Below, piece by piece: positions 17,958 to 26,751 of a DNA stretch of 64,000 nt (position 1 is the first letter of the stretch; the number at the start of each line of letters is the position of its first letter). The translations under genes and the position numbers were made by a program. The notes beneath the pieces were generated by a model, which worked only from the letters and a program-made list of their open reading frames with translations, was not told the origin of the DNA and did no database searches. Source of the stretch: an uncultured Candidatus Saccharibacteria bacterium (lineage in GTDB: Bacteria > Patescibacteriota > Saccharimonadia > Saccharimonadales > CAZVRA01); contig CAZVRA010000001.1 of the NCBI GenBank assembly GCA_964630055.1, positions 91,569-155,568 of the forward strand, written 5' to 3'.

Positions 17958-18557
17958 GTGAGAAGAGTTGTTTTAGTGGATGGCGAAAATCTCAACTATG
18001 CAATACGCAAGATGATAGGATCAAGCAGTAAGCCGGCTAGCAGAGCTGTACTTATAGGCTATAACTATCGTGGTCTTATTGATAATGTTCTAGAAAATGA
18101 GCAATATGATTCTGTATTATTTTTTGGGGCTAAGTTGCGCCGCTATAAACACAGCGAAGAGTTATCGAAGAAATGCGAAAAGGCTATCCACCTGCAATCC
18201 ATATTAGTAAACCAGCTAAATAAACAAGGTATCCAATTTATAAAAGCTGGATATTTGCGAGCCCGAGAAACCAAATCCTGCAAGCAGTGTGGCGACAGCA
18301 GATGGGCTCTAATAGAGAAGGGTGTAGATGTCGCATTAGCTGTGCGGATAGTAGAAGAGGCAAAAAAAGACACAGAAATAGTGGTTATTAGTGCCGATAC
18401 CGATGTATTGCCGGCTATAAAAACAGCTGCCGTTAAGGGTGCCAAAGTTACGGTGGTAAGCTACGAAGACTGTGTACCCCTGGCATTGGTGAAGAATGCG
18501 TCGTTATCTAGAGTCATAACTCGTAATATGGTAAAAAAGGCGGCCAAACATGAGTAA
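17958..18557 (+). CDS. NYN-domain (LabA/DUF88-like) putative RNase with inserted zinc-ribbon-like CxxC
   Basis: [15 protein letters not shown] at the N-terminus and [14 protein letters not shown]...KVTVVSY, typical of NYN/Lab[10 protein letters not shown] insert. GTG start with GGAG 9 nt upstream. Stop overlaps the dnaJ start. Confidence 0.7.
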   Translation: MRRVVLVDGENLNYAIRKMIGSSSKPASRAVLIGYNYRGLIDNVLENEQYDSVLFFGAKLRRYKHSEELSKKCEKAIHLQSILVNQLNKQGIQFIKAGYLRARETKSCKQCGDSRWALIEKGVDVALAVRIVEEAKKDTEIVVISADTDVLPAIKTAAVKGAKVTVVSYEDCVPLALVKNASLSRVITRNMVKKAAKHE

Positions 18558-19674
18558 ACGCGATTATTACGAAGTGCTTGGCGTGGGCAAAAAAGCCAGC
18601 GACGACGAGATCAAAAAGGCTTTTAGGCGAGCTGCAGTTAAGCATCACCCAGACAAAGGTGGCGACGAAGTAAAATTTAAAGAGATCAACGAAGCCTACG
18701 AAGTTTTAAAGGACGAAAAAAAGCGCCAGCGCTACGATCAGTTTGGTCATGCCGGTGTCGGGACCAGCGCTGCCAGCGATGGGCCGACTGGCAATCCTTT
18801 TGGTGGCGCTGGCGCGGGCGGCCAGAACGTGCACTTTGACTTTGGTGATTTGGGGTTGGGCGACATTTTTGGTAGCTTTTTTGGTGGCGCGGGCGGCATG
18901 GGTGGTTCTGGCCGCTCCGGCGGCCGCGCGGCGCGCGGCCGCGACGTCGAAACAGCCATAGAGCTAACTTTTGAGGAAGCAATTTTTGGCATAGAGCGCG
19001 AAATAAACTTAAACCTGGCCGACACCTGCGAACACTGCAAAGGCACGACTGCCGAGCCAGGCTCCGAGATCAAAACTTGCGACACCTGCAAGGGCAGCGG
19101 CCAGGTGCACCGCGTAATGCAAACGGTTTTTGGCAACATTCAGCAAGCTTCGGTCTGCCCAACCTGCAAAGGTCGCGGCAAAATTCCCGAAAAAGTTTGT
19201 ACGGTTTGCCACGGCAAGGGTGTACAACCCAAAAACCAGAAGATTCGTCTTAAAATTCCGGCTGGCATAGACGATGGCGCAACCATTCGCTTGCGGGAAC
19301 GTGGCGAGGCTGTAGCCGATGGCCCCAAGGGCGACCTGTATGTGCATGTCAGGGTCAAGGCCCACAAACAGTTTACTCGCGAAGGCGACCTAATACTCAG
19401 CAGTCAGCATATTGGCATGGTCGATGCAGCTCTGGGCACCGAAATAGATGTGGCCACTGTCGATGGCAATGTGCGCATGAAGGTGCCGGCTGGTACGCAG
19501 AGCGGCACAGATTTTAAGCTATCGGGCCATGGAGTTCCACACATGCGTGGTGATCGCCGTGGCGCTCATATTGTGACCATAATTGTCGACACACCGACCA
19601 AATTGTCGCGTCGCCAGCAAGAATTGCTGCAAGAATTTGGGGCTGCTTCAGGACGCCGCGGGTTCTTCAGGTAG
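18550..19674 (+). CDS. dnaJ: co-chaperone DnaJ
   Basis: J domain DYYEVLGV...HHPDKGG, G/F region, four CxxCxGxG zinc motifs ([32 protein letters not shown]). Confidence 0.97.
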   Translation: MSKRDYYEVLGVGKKASDDEIKKAFRRAAVKHHPDKGGDEVKFKEINEAYEVLKDEKKRQRYDQFGHAGVGTSAASDGPTGNPFGGAGAGGQNVHFDFGDLGLGDIFGSFFGGAGGMGGSGRSGGRAARGRDVETAIELTFEEAIFGIEREINLNLADTCEHCKGTTAEPGSEIKTCDTCKGSGQVHRVMQTVFGNIQQASVCPTCKGRGKIPEKVCTVCHGKGVQPKNQKIRLKIPAGIDDGATIRLRERGEAVADGPKGDLYVHVRVKAHKQFTREGDLILSSQHIGMVDAALGTEIDVATVDGNVRMKVPAGTQSGTDFKLSGHGVPHMRGDRRGAHIVTIIVDTPTKLSRRQQELLQEFGAASGRRGFFR

Positions 19675-20526
19675 CTGATCGGTCGAAGCGGCAGCCACTT
19701 TTGCATTTTGTTCATTTTGTTGCTTTTGGTTGAATGCGTTGACCACATTAGTCATCCAGTCGGGTATTCTAACGCCTAGTTCTTCGAATTTGGGCAAATG
19801 CTCCGACAAAAATTTTAAGTCTTCGAATGTTAGTTTCTCGATTTTACCAGCATATTTAACGGCGTACATGTTGGTATCCGCTTGCGCGACTACTTTATTA
19901 ATATTATCGCCTTTTTTGGCAAACTCGTAGCCGATGGCTAGCGTTGGACCAAATTTTTCAAATTCGGTGCCAGCAATAGCTTCGGCCAGAATTTTGTTGA
20001 GGCGCTTAATTTCGTTCTGTGCATTTTCGTCTGGAGTAGACAGTGCTCGGTTTTCGGTGCCCTTTTCTTGATTTCTAAAAACGGTTGCAAGTGCAAATTC
20101 GTCTCCACCCAATCGGGCCGAATTATTGGACGGATCGGCGCTACGCGGTTGACCATGCGTCGCCACTTCGTCGGTACGACGGTAACTGTCTTTGAGCGCC
20201 TGACCGACAATGCCAAGTAGCTCATCGCCTTTGGGGTGACCAAGTGTGTCATTTACTTCTTTAAAACCGTTCATATCCATAATGAACACAGTGGCAATGT
20301 CGTTTTCGCCTAAAGATTCTACCGTGGTTTTTAATTGTTCGGTCCAGGATTCTTGATTTAATAGGCCTGTTTTGGAATCAAACCGTAGCTTTTTATCTAG
20401 GTGTTCAACGGCACCAAGCACAAAATCCATACCGGCAACTGGCGCTCTGTTCATTATCTCTTGCATCATATTGCTTCTATGTGCAGTTGGTTGTTCTTGC
20501 CCTGGTTGCCCTTGACTTTCGGCCAT
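19648..20526 (-). CDS. GGDEF-domain diguanylate cyclase (no recognisable sensor domain)
   Basis: [25 protein letters not shown] and intact [15 protein letters not shown]. 3' end overlaps the dnaJ 3' end by 27 nt (convergent). Confidence 0.85.
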   Translation of the reverse strand: MAESQGQPGQEQPTAHRSNMMQEIMNRAPVAGMDFVLGAVEHLDKKLRFDSKTGLLNQESWTEQLKTTVESLGENDIATVFIMDMNGFKEVNDTLGHPKGDELLGIVGQALKDSYRRTDEVATHGQPRSADPSNNSARLGGDEFALATVFRNQEKGTENRALSTPDENAQNEIKRLNKILAEAIAGTEFEKFGPTLAIGYEFAKKGDNINKVVAQADTNMYAVKYAGKIEKLTFEDLKFLSEHLPKFEELGVRIPDWMTNVVNAFNQKQQNEQNAKVAAASTDQLPEEPAAS

Positions 20527-20610
20527 TTTGAATATCTCCGTAGTCTAATATGTGTACATATTTTAACATTTTTTGTTTACAAATAATATGCCTTATGCTT
20601 GAATGAGGTG

Positions 20611-20718
20611 ATGAAAGACAACTCTCAGTCTGGTCTTATTCCTATGTTGATTATACTTTTTTTGCTGATGGTAGGGGTGATTGTATTTGCTTTTATGAGG
20701 GTAGCCCATAACCGTTAA
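20611..20718 (+). CDS. candidate 35-aa single-TM micro-protein
   Basis: Hand translation MKDNSQSGLIPMLIILFLLMVGVIVFAFMRVAHNR*. Below the ORF-track cutoff, no conservation evidence. Confidence 0.25.
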   Translation: MKDNSQSGLIPMLIILFLLMVGVIVFAFMRVAHNR

Positions 20719-20787
20719 ACTACTTATGCCTATGCATCACCAGAGTCTATAGACGAAAAAACCAAAAAATGCTATAATATAGTAATC

Positions 20788-21219
20788 ATGAGCGACAAAA
20801 ATACGGCTAATCAGCAACAAAACATAATTGGCACATTCGAGCGAGTTTCGTTTCCGGATCTAAAGGTGCTAGACGTGGTAGCCAAAATAGACACCGGCGC
20901 TTATACTGGTGCGCTACACTGCAAAATTATTGAGGAGCGAACCAAAAAAGACGGTAAAAGCGAGCTTTATTTTATCCCCTTTGATGATCCAGAGCATGCT
21001 CATGTGGTGGCAACCTACAAAACCCAAACTGTTAAAAGCTCAAATGGCAAAAAGCAGAAGCGTTTTGTAATACCGACTGTTATAAAAATTCGTGGCCAAG
21101 AATATCAGATATCTTTAACATTAGCCGACCGCTCGGACATGAAATACGCTGTTTTAATCGGTCGAAAGTTCTTGCGCCAAAATCACTTCATAGTTGACGC
21201 AAGGCAGTATAAGAAGTAA
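20788..21219 (+). CDS. RimK-associated retropepsin-like protein ('ATP-dependent zinc protease' family, RimB-like)
   Basis: VVAKIDTGAYTGALH ... AVLIGRKFL pattern, immediately upstream of rimK. TGcTATAAT 9 nt before the ATG. Confidence 0.7.
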   Translation: MSDKNTANQQQNIIGTFERVSFPDLKVLDVVAKIDTGAYTGALHCKIIEERTKKDGKSELYFIPFDDPEHAHVVATYKTQTVKSSNGKKQKRFVIPTVIKIRGQEYQISLTLADRSDMKYAVLIGRKFLRQNHFIVDARQYKK

Positions 21220-21233
21220 GGTTAGGTAGGTTT

Positions 21234-22136
21234 ATGAATATTGCAATTTTATCTCGAGGTCCAGGAAATTACTCTACCCGCCGTCTGCGCGAGGTAGCCG
21301 AAGCACGTGGCCACAATGTGCGGGTAATTAACCACGCCGAGTGTTACGTAACGGTCGAAAAAAGCAAGCCAGTGGTTCGATACCAAGGAGAAGACCTAAG
21401 CGACATAGATGTAATTATTCCCCGAATTGGCCAAAGCATTACCAAATATGGCTCGGCTATGGTGCGCCAGTTTGAGATGCAGGGTGTTTATACTACGGCC
21501 AGCTCGATTGCCATAAATCGCTCGCGTGACAAGTTGCGCAGTATGCAAATTTTGGCTCGGGCCGACGTGGGCATTCCCAAAACCGTTTTTGCACGCGAAA
21601 CCAGCGACGTGGACGACGTTATTGCCCAGGCCGGTGGCACGCCGCTGATTATTAAGGTGGCCCGCGGTACTCACGGCAACGGGGTGGTGCTGGCCGAAAC
21701 CAAAAAAGCTGCTCAAGCGGTAATGCAGGCCTTTTATGTTGAGGGCGTGAACTTTTTGGTGCAAGAATTTGTCGCCGAATCGGCCGGAACCGACATTCGC
21801 GCCTTTGTGGTTGGCGGCAAAGTGGTGGCCAGCATGAAGCGCCAAAGCCTAGACGACGATTTTCGTAGTAATTTGCACCAAGGCGGCGAGGGCACTCCTG
21901 TTAAATTGAGCGACGCCGAGCGCCGAACGGCTATAAAAGCTGCTCGTGCCATGGGCCTAAGCATATGCGGCGTAGACATGATGCGCAGCGACCGCGGCCC
22001 ACTGGTGCTAGAGGTTAATCCTAGCCCAGGATTTGGCATAGAAAAGGTTACTAGCCGCGATGTCGCCGAAAAGATTATAGAATATATCGAGCAAAACGCC
22101 CGCGGCAAACGGCGTAAAGACCGCGTCGGCGCCTAA
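21234..22136 (+). CDS. rimK: ATP-grasp ribosomal protein S6 glutamate ligase RimK
   Basis: MNIAILSRGPGNYSTRRL..., PLIIKVARGTHGNGVVL, DIRAFVVGGKVV, LEVNPSPG. Confidence 0.9.
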   Translation: MNIAILSRGPGNYSTRRLREVAEARGHNVRVINHAECYVTVEKSKPVVRYQGEDLSDIDVIIPRIGQSITKYGSAMVRQFEMQGVYTTASSIAINRSRDKLRSMQILARADVGIPKTVFARETSDVDDVIAQAGGTPLIIKVARGTHGNGVVLAETKKAAQAVMQAFYVEGVNFLVQEFVAESAGTDIRAFVVGGKVVASMKRQSLDDDFRSNLHQGGEGTPVKLSDAERRTAIKAARAMGLSICGVDMMRSDRGPLVLEVNPSPGFGIEKVTSRDVAEKIIEYIEQNARGKRRKDRVGA

Positions 22137-22188
22137 GTGCGAACCGACCCATAACTGGCCCCTTTTTCGCTTATGGTATTATGAGGAT

Positions 22189-22689
22189 ATGCAATCCTTA
22201 GTAATTGTTGCCATCGTTGCTGCCATACCGGTTATTCTAATACTTTTGCTGCGAGTAAATGCTGGACTAGTTTTTTTAAGCGCCTGCGCCGGCACGTTAA
22301 TTGCCAAATATTTTGGCCAAGACGTAGAAACCTTTGCCCGTGGTTTTATTGCCCAGCCAGGGGTTAGCCTGCTGTCATCTACCAGGCTATTGCTAATTAT
22401 TCTACCAGTGCTGGTGACAATTATTGCGCTGCGGCGGACCGTGGCCGGTGCTCAACACCTAATTAACCTGATTGTTGCTTTAGCAACGGGCTTAAGTTTA
22501 ATATTTTTGGCATTCCCGTACTTATCATCGGGAACGGCTGGCACTATAAGACAGGTGCCTTTTTGGTCAACCGCCGAACAAATGCAGGGTACTATTATTG
22601 GCGCAACAGCATTTTTGAGCCTAATTATGCTCTGGTCGCTGCGCGCCCTCAAACATCCTAAAAAAGACAAAAAAAAGAGGCATCGCTAG
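22189..22689 (+). CDS. hypothetical integral membrane protein (166 aa)
   Basis: Four or five hydrophobic helices, basic C-terminus KKDKKKRHR. TATTAT 6 nt before the ATG. Confidence 0.6.
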   Translation: MQSLVIVAIVAAIPVILILLLRVNAGLVFLSACAGTLIAKYFGQDVETFARGFIAQPGVSLLSSTRLLLIILPVLVTIIALRRTVAGAQHLINLIVALATGLSLIFLAFPYLSSGTAGTIRQVPFWSTAEQMQGTIIGATAFLSLIMLWSLRALKHPKKDKKKRHR

Positions 22690-22714
22690 CCTCCGTACAA
22701 ATACAAAATATAGT

Positions 22715-22791
22715 TGGAGGGCCCACTGGGACTCGAACCCAGGACACCCTGCTTAAAAGGCAGGTGCTCTAACCGGCTGAGCTATGGGCCC
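22715..22791 (-). tRNA. tRNA-Lys (anticodon UUU)
   Basis: Reverse complement folds as a cloverleaf: GGGCCCA acceptor, anticodon arm CCTGC-CTTTTAA-GCAGG, T-arm GGTTCGAGTCC, encoded CCA. Confidence 0.9.
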
Positions 22792-22944
22792 ACTCAGCAA
22801 TTTACTTAATTTACTTGGGGTATTATCGCTTTTTTAGCTTAAAAAGTCAACCCGCGGTGCGATATTTTGATATTCCGTTTTAACTGGTCAAATCTGGTCA
22901 AAGTGGTTTTGTTTAAAGCTGGTTTAGGTGCGTATGATGAACAT

Positions 22945-24498
22945 ATGCCAAATATTTATAATAAAAACCGGGCCAAAAGTAGGGTGCTGCAGCAAATGCG
23001 ACATAGTCGCAGGTTGCGCGAAAGTGTTGCAATGCGCCGGACGACACTTATAAGTTATGGTTTGGCGGCATTTGTGGCCGGTTTGGGCCTGGCTCGTGTT
23101 ATTAGTCTGCCGGCCGGGCTAAGCGTAGTAATATTGCTAGCCTTTTTCTTAATCGCGCGGCGGCCAGCTACAGTGCGCCTGTGCATGGTAGTGGTTATGC
23201 TGATGGTTGTGGCGGGCATAGCCCGAGGATCAGCTTTTTTGCCAAAATTATCTACCTATAACCAGCTAAAAGGGCAACAATTAACTCTAGAGGCGGTAGC
23301 CCAAAATGACGCGGTCTATGCCGACAAAGGCCAGCTCAGCTTCGACATTGGCAGTTTGCAGTTGCTGGAGCCGTCGTCGCGGCCACTGGTGGGTGTAGTT
23401 GGCGTTAAAGGCTATGGTTTGCCTATGGTTTTTCAGGGTGACAAGCTGCAAATAAAAGGCAAAATGTCGCCGGCTCGTGGCTCGCGGCAGGCCTATATTA
23501 GTTTTGCGCAAATAGAGCTGCAACATCGCGGTGATTCGCGGGTTAATAAGTTTAGGCGCGATTTTGCGGCTGGTTTGGGGTCTACGCTGCCGGAACCGCT
23601 AGCATCGTTTGGGCTTGGGCTGCTGATTGGCCAGCGGACAACTTTGCCTAAAGAGCTAAATGACCAGCTGTCTACCGTTGGCTTAACACATATTGTGGCG
23701 GTGAGCGGCTACAATTTAACTATAATTATTATGGCGGCCAGTCGACTTTTGGGAAAGAGGTCAAAATATCAGACGCTTGTGCTAACTTTGGCGATGATTG
23801 CCGGTTTTTTGCTGTTGGTCGGTGGCAGCGCTTCGATAGTAAGGGCTGCATTAGTTAGCGGTTTGAGCTTGGCGGCTTGGTACTATGGCCGGACGTTCAG
23901 ACCGTTGGTTATTATTTTGTTGGCGGCGGCCATTACGGCCGGGATTTACCCAGTTTATCTGTGGAGTGACATTGGTTGGTATTTGTCTTTTTTGGCTTTT
24001 TTTGGTGTCTTGGTGGTTGCTCCGGCACTAACAAAGCGCTTTTTGGGCAAGCGTAAACCAAAAATAATTTTAGCGGTGCTTATAGAAACCACTGCCGCCC
24101 AGCTCACTACTTTGCCCCTAATTATGTACATATTTGGCCGCCTATCGGTGGTGGCACTGGTGGCCAACATGCTTGTAGTACCTCTGGTGCCGTTAGCCAT
24201 GCTAACGAGTTTTATGGCCGGCCTGGCGGGCATGGTTATGCCTAATTTTGCTGGCTGGCTGGCTTGGCCCGCCAAACTGCTAATGAGTTACATGATAGAT
24301 GTGGTGCAAATATTCGCCCGTTTGCCAAAGGCGGCCATTCAGCAGCCACTACATTTGCCTGAAATGGTTGCCTTGTATACTATTTTGGTGGCGCTACTAC
24401 TGCTTTTACGAATCAAAGGTGCTACAATAACAGATGCAGGAACACGAGGAAAGGTGAAATTAGAGTTATGTCGGGACACAGCAAATGGTCAACCATAA
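22945..24498 (+). CDS. comEC: DNA internalisation competence protein ComEC/Rec2 (membrane domain)
   Basis: GLTHIVAVSGYNLTII core motif and many TM helices. True start uncertain (ATG 22945, 22996 or 23032). The TTG 22867 extension is unsupported. Confidence 0.8.
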   Translation: MPNIYNKNRAKSRVLQQMRHSRRLRESVAMRRTTLISYGLAAFVAGLGLARVISLPAGLSVVILLAFFLIARRPATVRLCMVVVMLMVVAGIARGSAFLPKLSTYNQLKGQQLTLEAVAQNDAVYADKGQLSFDIGSLQLLEPSSRPLVGVVGVKGYGLPMVFQGDKLQIKGKMSPARGSRQAYISFAQIELQHRGDSRVNKFRRDFAAGLGSTLPEPLASFGLGLLIGQRTTLPKELNDQLSTVGLTHIVAVSGYNLTIIIMAASRLLGKRSKYQTLVLTLAMIAGFLLLVGGSASIVRAALVSGLSLAAWYYGRTFRPLVIILLAAAITAGIYPVYLWSDIGWYLSFLAFFGVLVVAPALTKRFLGKRKPKIILAVLIETTAAQLTTLPLIMYIFGRLSVVALVANMLVVPLVPLAMLTSFMAGLAGMVMPNFAGWLAWPAKLLMSYMIDVVQIFARLPKAAIQQPLHLPEMVALYTILVALLLLLRIKGATITDAGTRGKVKLELCRDTANGQP

Positions 24499-25220
24499 AA
24501 CGTCAAAAAGGGGCTAAAGATGCTGCCCGCGGGGCGCTATTTACAAAATTAGGCAACGCCATTGCCATTGCGGCGCGTGATGGCGCCGACCCTGACATGA
24601 ATTTTGCTTTGCGTCTGGCTATAGACAAAGCCAAGGCGTCTAACATGCCGACGGCCAATATTCAGCGTAGTATTGACCGAGGAAGTGGCAAGCTAGGTGA
24701 CGCCCAAATTCAGGAAGTTTTATACGAAGGTTACGGGCCGGGCGGCGTGGCCATAATTGTTGAAGCGGCCACCGACAATGTCAATCGCACCTTGCCCGAG
24801 GTCCGTCTGGCTTTTAGCAAACATGGCGGTAACTTGGCCGAAAAAGGGGCGGTGGCTTTTCAGTTTGATCGCCGCGGGGTCATTAGGCTCAAGGGTGCTA
24901 GCGACGATTTAATGCTGCAAGCGTTGGACGCTGGAGCTTTGGACGTGGACCAGGACGGCTCATCTGAGGACGATTCGGCCGAGACAATTGTGTACACCGA
25001 CCCCAAAGAGCTGGCCAAGGTGCGGCAAGCCTTAGCCGACCAAGGCGCTCAAATAACCGAGGCCGAGCTAACCTATGTGCCCAGCAATACGGTGGAGGTT
25101 ACCGACCAAGTGACTGCCGGCAAAATAATGCGGCTAATGGATGCGCTCGACGAAGTCGACGATGTTACCAATACTCACGTTAACTTCGACATAGCGCCAG
25201 AATTGCTGGACCAAAATTAG
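24468..25220 (+). CDS. yebC: YebC/PmpR family transcriptional regulator
   Basis: MSGHSKWSTIKRQKGAKDAARG... canonical family N-terminus. Overlaps the comEC 3' end by 31 nt. Confidence 0.95.
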   Translation: MSGHSKWSTIKRQKGAKDAARGALFTKLGNAIAIAARDGADPDMNFALRLAIDKAKASNMPTANIQRSIDRGSGKLGDAQIQEVLYEGYGPGGVAIIVEAATDNVNRTLPEVRLAFSKHGGNLAEKGAVAFQFDRRGVIRLKGASDDLMLQALDAGALDVDQDGSSEDDSAETIVYTDPKELAKVRQALADQGAQITEAELTYVPSNTVEVTDQVTAGKIMRLMDALDEVDDVTNTHVNFDIAPELLDQN

Positions 25221-25229
25221 GCAGGTTAC

Positions 25230-25715
25230 ATGAGGATTATTGGCATCGACCCAGGCACCGGAATTTTGGGTTTTGGAGTAATCGACGTCGAGCCAAGCAG
25301 TAAAATGGTACTGGTTGATGCTGGGGTTATTCGGACGCCTGCCGGTCAGCCAGACGCCGAACGGCTAGCGACTATTTTTGACGAACTTAACCAAATAATT
25401 GATGCCCACAGGCCGGGCGTTATATCGGTCGAAAAGCTGTTTTTTGCGCGTAATGTTACCACCGCCATGACAGTAGCGCAGGCCCGCGGCGTTGTTTTGC
25501 TGCTGGGTCAGCAAAAAAAAATGCAACTGCACGAGTTCACGCCGCTGCAAATTAAGCAAGCTATAACCGGTTATGGTAAGGCCGACAAAAAGCAAGTTCA
25601 GGAAATGGTAAAAGTGCTGCTGGGCCTAAAAAGTATTCCCAAACCCGACGACGCCGCCGATGCTTTGGCGGCTGCCATCTGCTGCGCTTCATCGATAAAA
25701 ATCAATAAAAAATAA
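25230..25715 (+). CDS. ruvC: Holliday junction resolvase RuvC
   Basis: MRIIGIDPGTGILGFGVI, VEKLFF, DAADALAAAIC. Confidence 0.9.
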   Translation: MRIIGIDPGTGILGFGVIDVEPSSKMVLVDAGVIRTPAGQPDAERLATIFDELNQIIDAHRPGVISVEKLFFARNVTTAMTVAQARGVVLLLGQQKKMQLHEFTPLQIKQAITGYGKADKKQVQEMVKVLLGLKSIPKPDDAADALAAAICCASSIKINKK

Positions 25716-25733
25716 AAAGGGTATAATAACACT

Positions 25734-26141
25734 ATGAAGAAAAACTTTTTTATTGCTTACAAATTTAGCGGCGAAGATATGATGACATTGTCGCGCCGGA
25801 TTCGCACGGTGCAAGAAGCGCTGGCTACTCACGGCATTAAGGCTTACGCCACCCTGGCCGAGGAGGAGCGTTTTAAAGAAAAGCAGCTAACAATTAAGCA
25901 AATATTTGACCTGGCGTTCCAAAAAATTAACGCTGCTGATGGCTTGTTTGTTTTGCAGGCCGGCAACGAGCGCAGTGAAGGTCAGTTGGTCGAAATTGGT
26001 TATGCACTGGCCAAAAACAAGCCAATTATTGTGGCTCGCAAGCTTGGCGTAAAATCCTACATTCACGAATTTGCCAGCCACGACATACTCTACACCGATC
26101 TGGCCGATCTGAGCCGTAAAATCCAGGATTTGGCCCTGTGA
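25734..26141 (+). CDS. nucleoside 2-deoxyribosyltransferase-like protein (135 aa) inserted between ruvC and ruvA
   Basis: FFIAYKFSGE ... ERSEGQLVEIGYALAKNKPIIV resembles the NDT-like fold signature. TATAAT 25722-25727 lies 6 nt before the ATG. Stop overlaps the ruvA GTG. Confidence 0.5.
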   Translation: MKKNFFIAYKFSGEDMMTLSRRIRTVQEALATHGIKAYATLAEEERFKEKQLTIKQIFDLAFQKINAADGLFVLQAGNERSEGQLVEIGYALAKNKPIIVARKLGVKSYIHEFASHDILYTDLADLSRKIQDLAL

Positions 26142-26713
26142 TAGCCACTTTAAGGGGTCAAGTTACCGAGCATTTGCCCGATGGCTTGGTTTTAGAATGC
26201 GGCGGTGTTGGCTATGGGGTCAAAACCACAGCCGCCGACACCGGAGCCAGCCCGCCAGGTGTAGACGCCAAGTTTTATATTCACGAGCACATCAAGGAAG
26301 ACCAGTTCGATTTGTACGGCTTTTTAAATGCCGACAGCAAAGCACTTTTTGAACAACTGCTGGGCGTAAAAAATGTTGGTCCAAAAGTAGCTTTGGCGCT
26401 ACTCGACACCGGCTCCACCGGAGCTGTGCGGACGGCCATCGCCGGCGGTGACATAAAACAGTTGCAAACTGCCAAGGGTGTAGGCAGGCGGGCGGCCGAA
26501 CAAATTGTCGTAGAGCTGCGCGACAAAATGGGCGCCGCCGTGGGGGCGGCGGCCGAGCAGCTAGTTGGCCGTGGCGGCATTAATACTGCCGACGAGGCCG
26601 TGCAAGCATTAATTGCGCTGGGCTACAGCGAGGCCGACGCTGCGCTGGCACTGCAAAACATTGATCCTTCGCTACCAACCGAAGCACGCATAAAGCAAGC
26701 GCTAAAAAGCTAG
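26138..26713 (+). CDS. ruvA: Holliday junction DNA helicase subunit RuvA
   Basis: IATLRGQV..., HhH segments LLGVKNVGPKVAL and LQTAKGVGRRAAEQIVVEL, C-terminal ALIALGYSEADA. Confidence 0.9.
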   Translation: MIATLRGQVTEHLPDGLVLECGGVGYGVKTTAADTGASPPGVDAKFYIHEHIKEDQFDLYGFLNADSKALFEQLLGVKNVGPKVALALLDTGSTGAVRTAIAGGDIKQLQTAKGVGRRAAEQIVVELRDKMGAAVGAAAEQLVGRGGINTADEAVQALIALGYSEADAALALQNIDPSLPTEARIKQALKS

Positions 26714-26751
26714 TTCTACAATTCACGATTGCCAAAGATTGCCAAACTTTG

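Noticed and set aside
22867-22944. TTG-initiated N-terminal extension of ComEC in the ORF track
   Set aside because: The extension lies in what looks like promoter DNA (TATAAT at about 22957 follows it) and adds no hydrophobic or conserved sequence. Later ATGs are more plausible.
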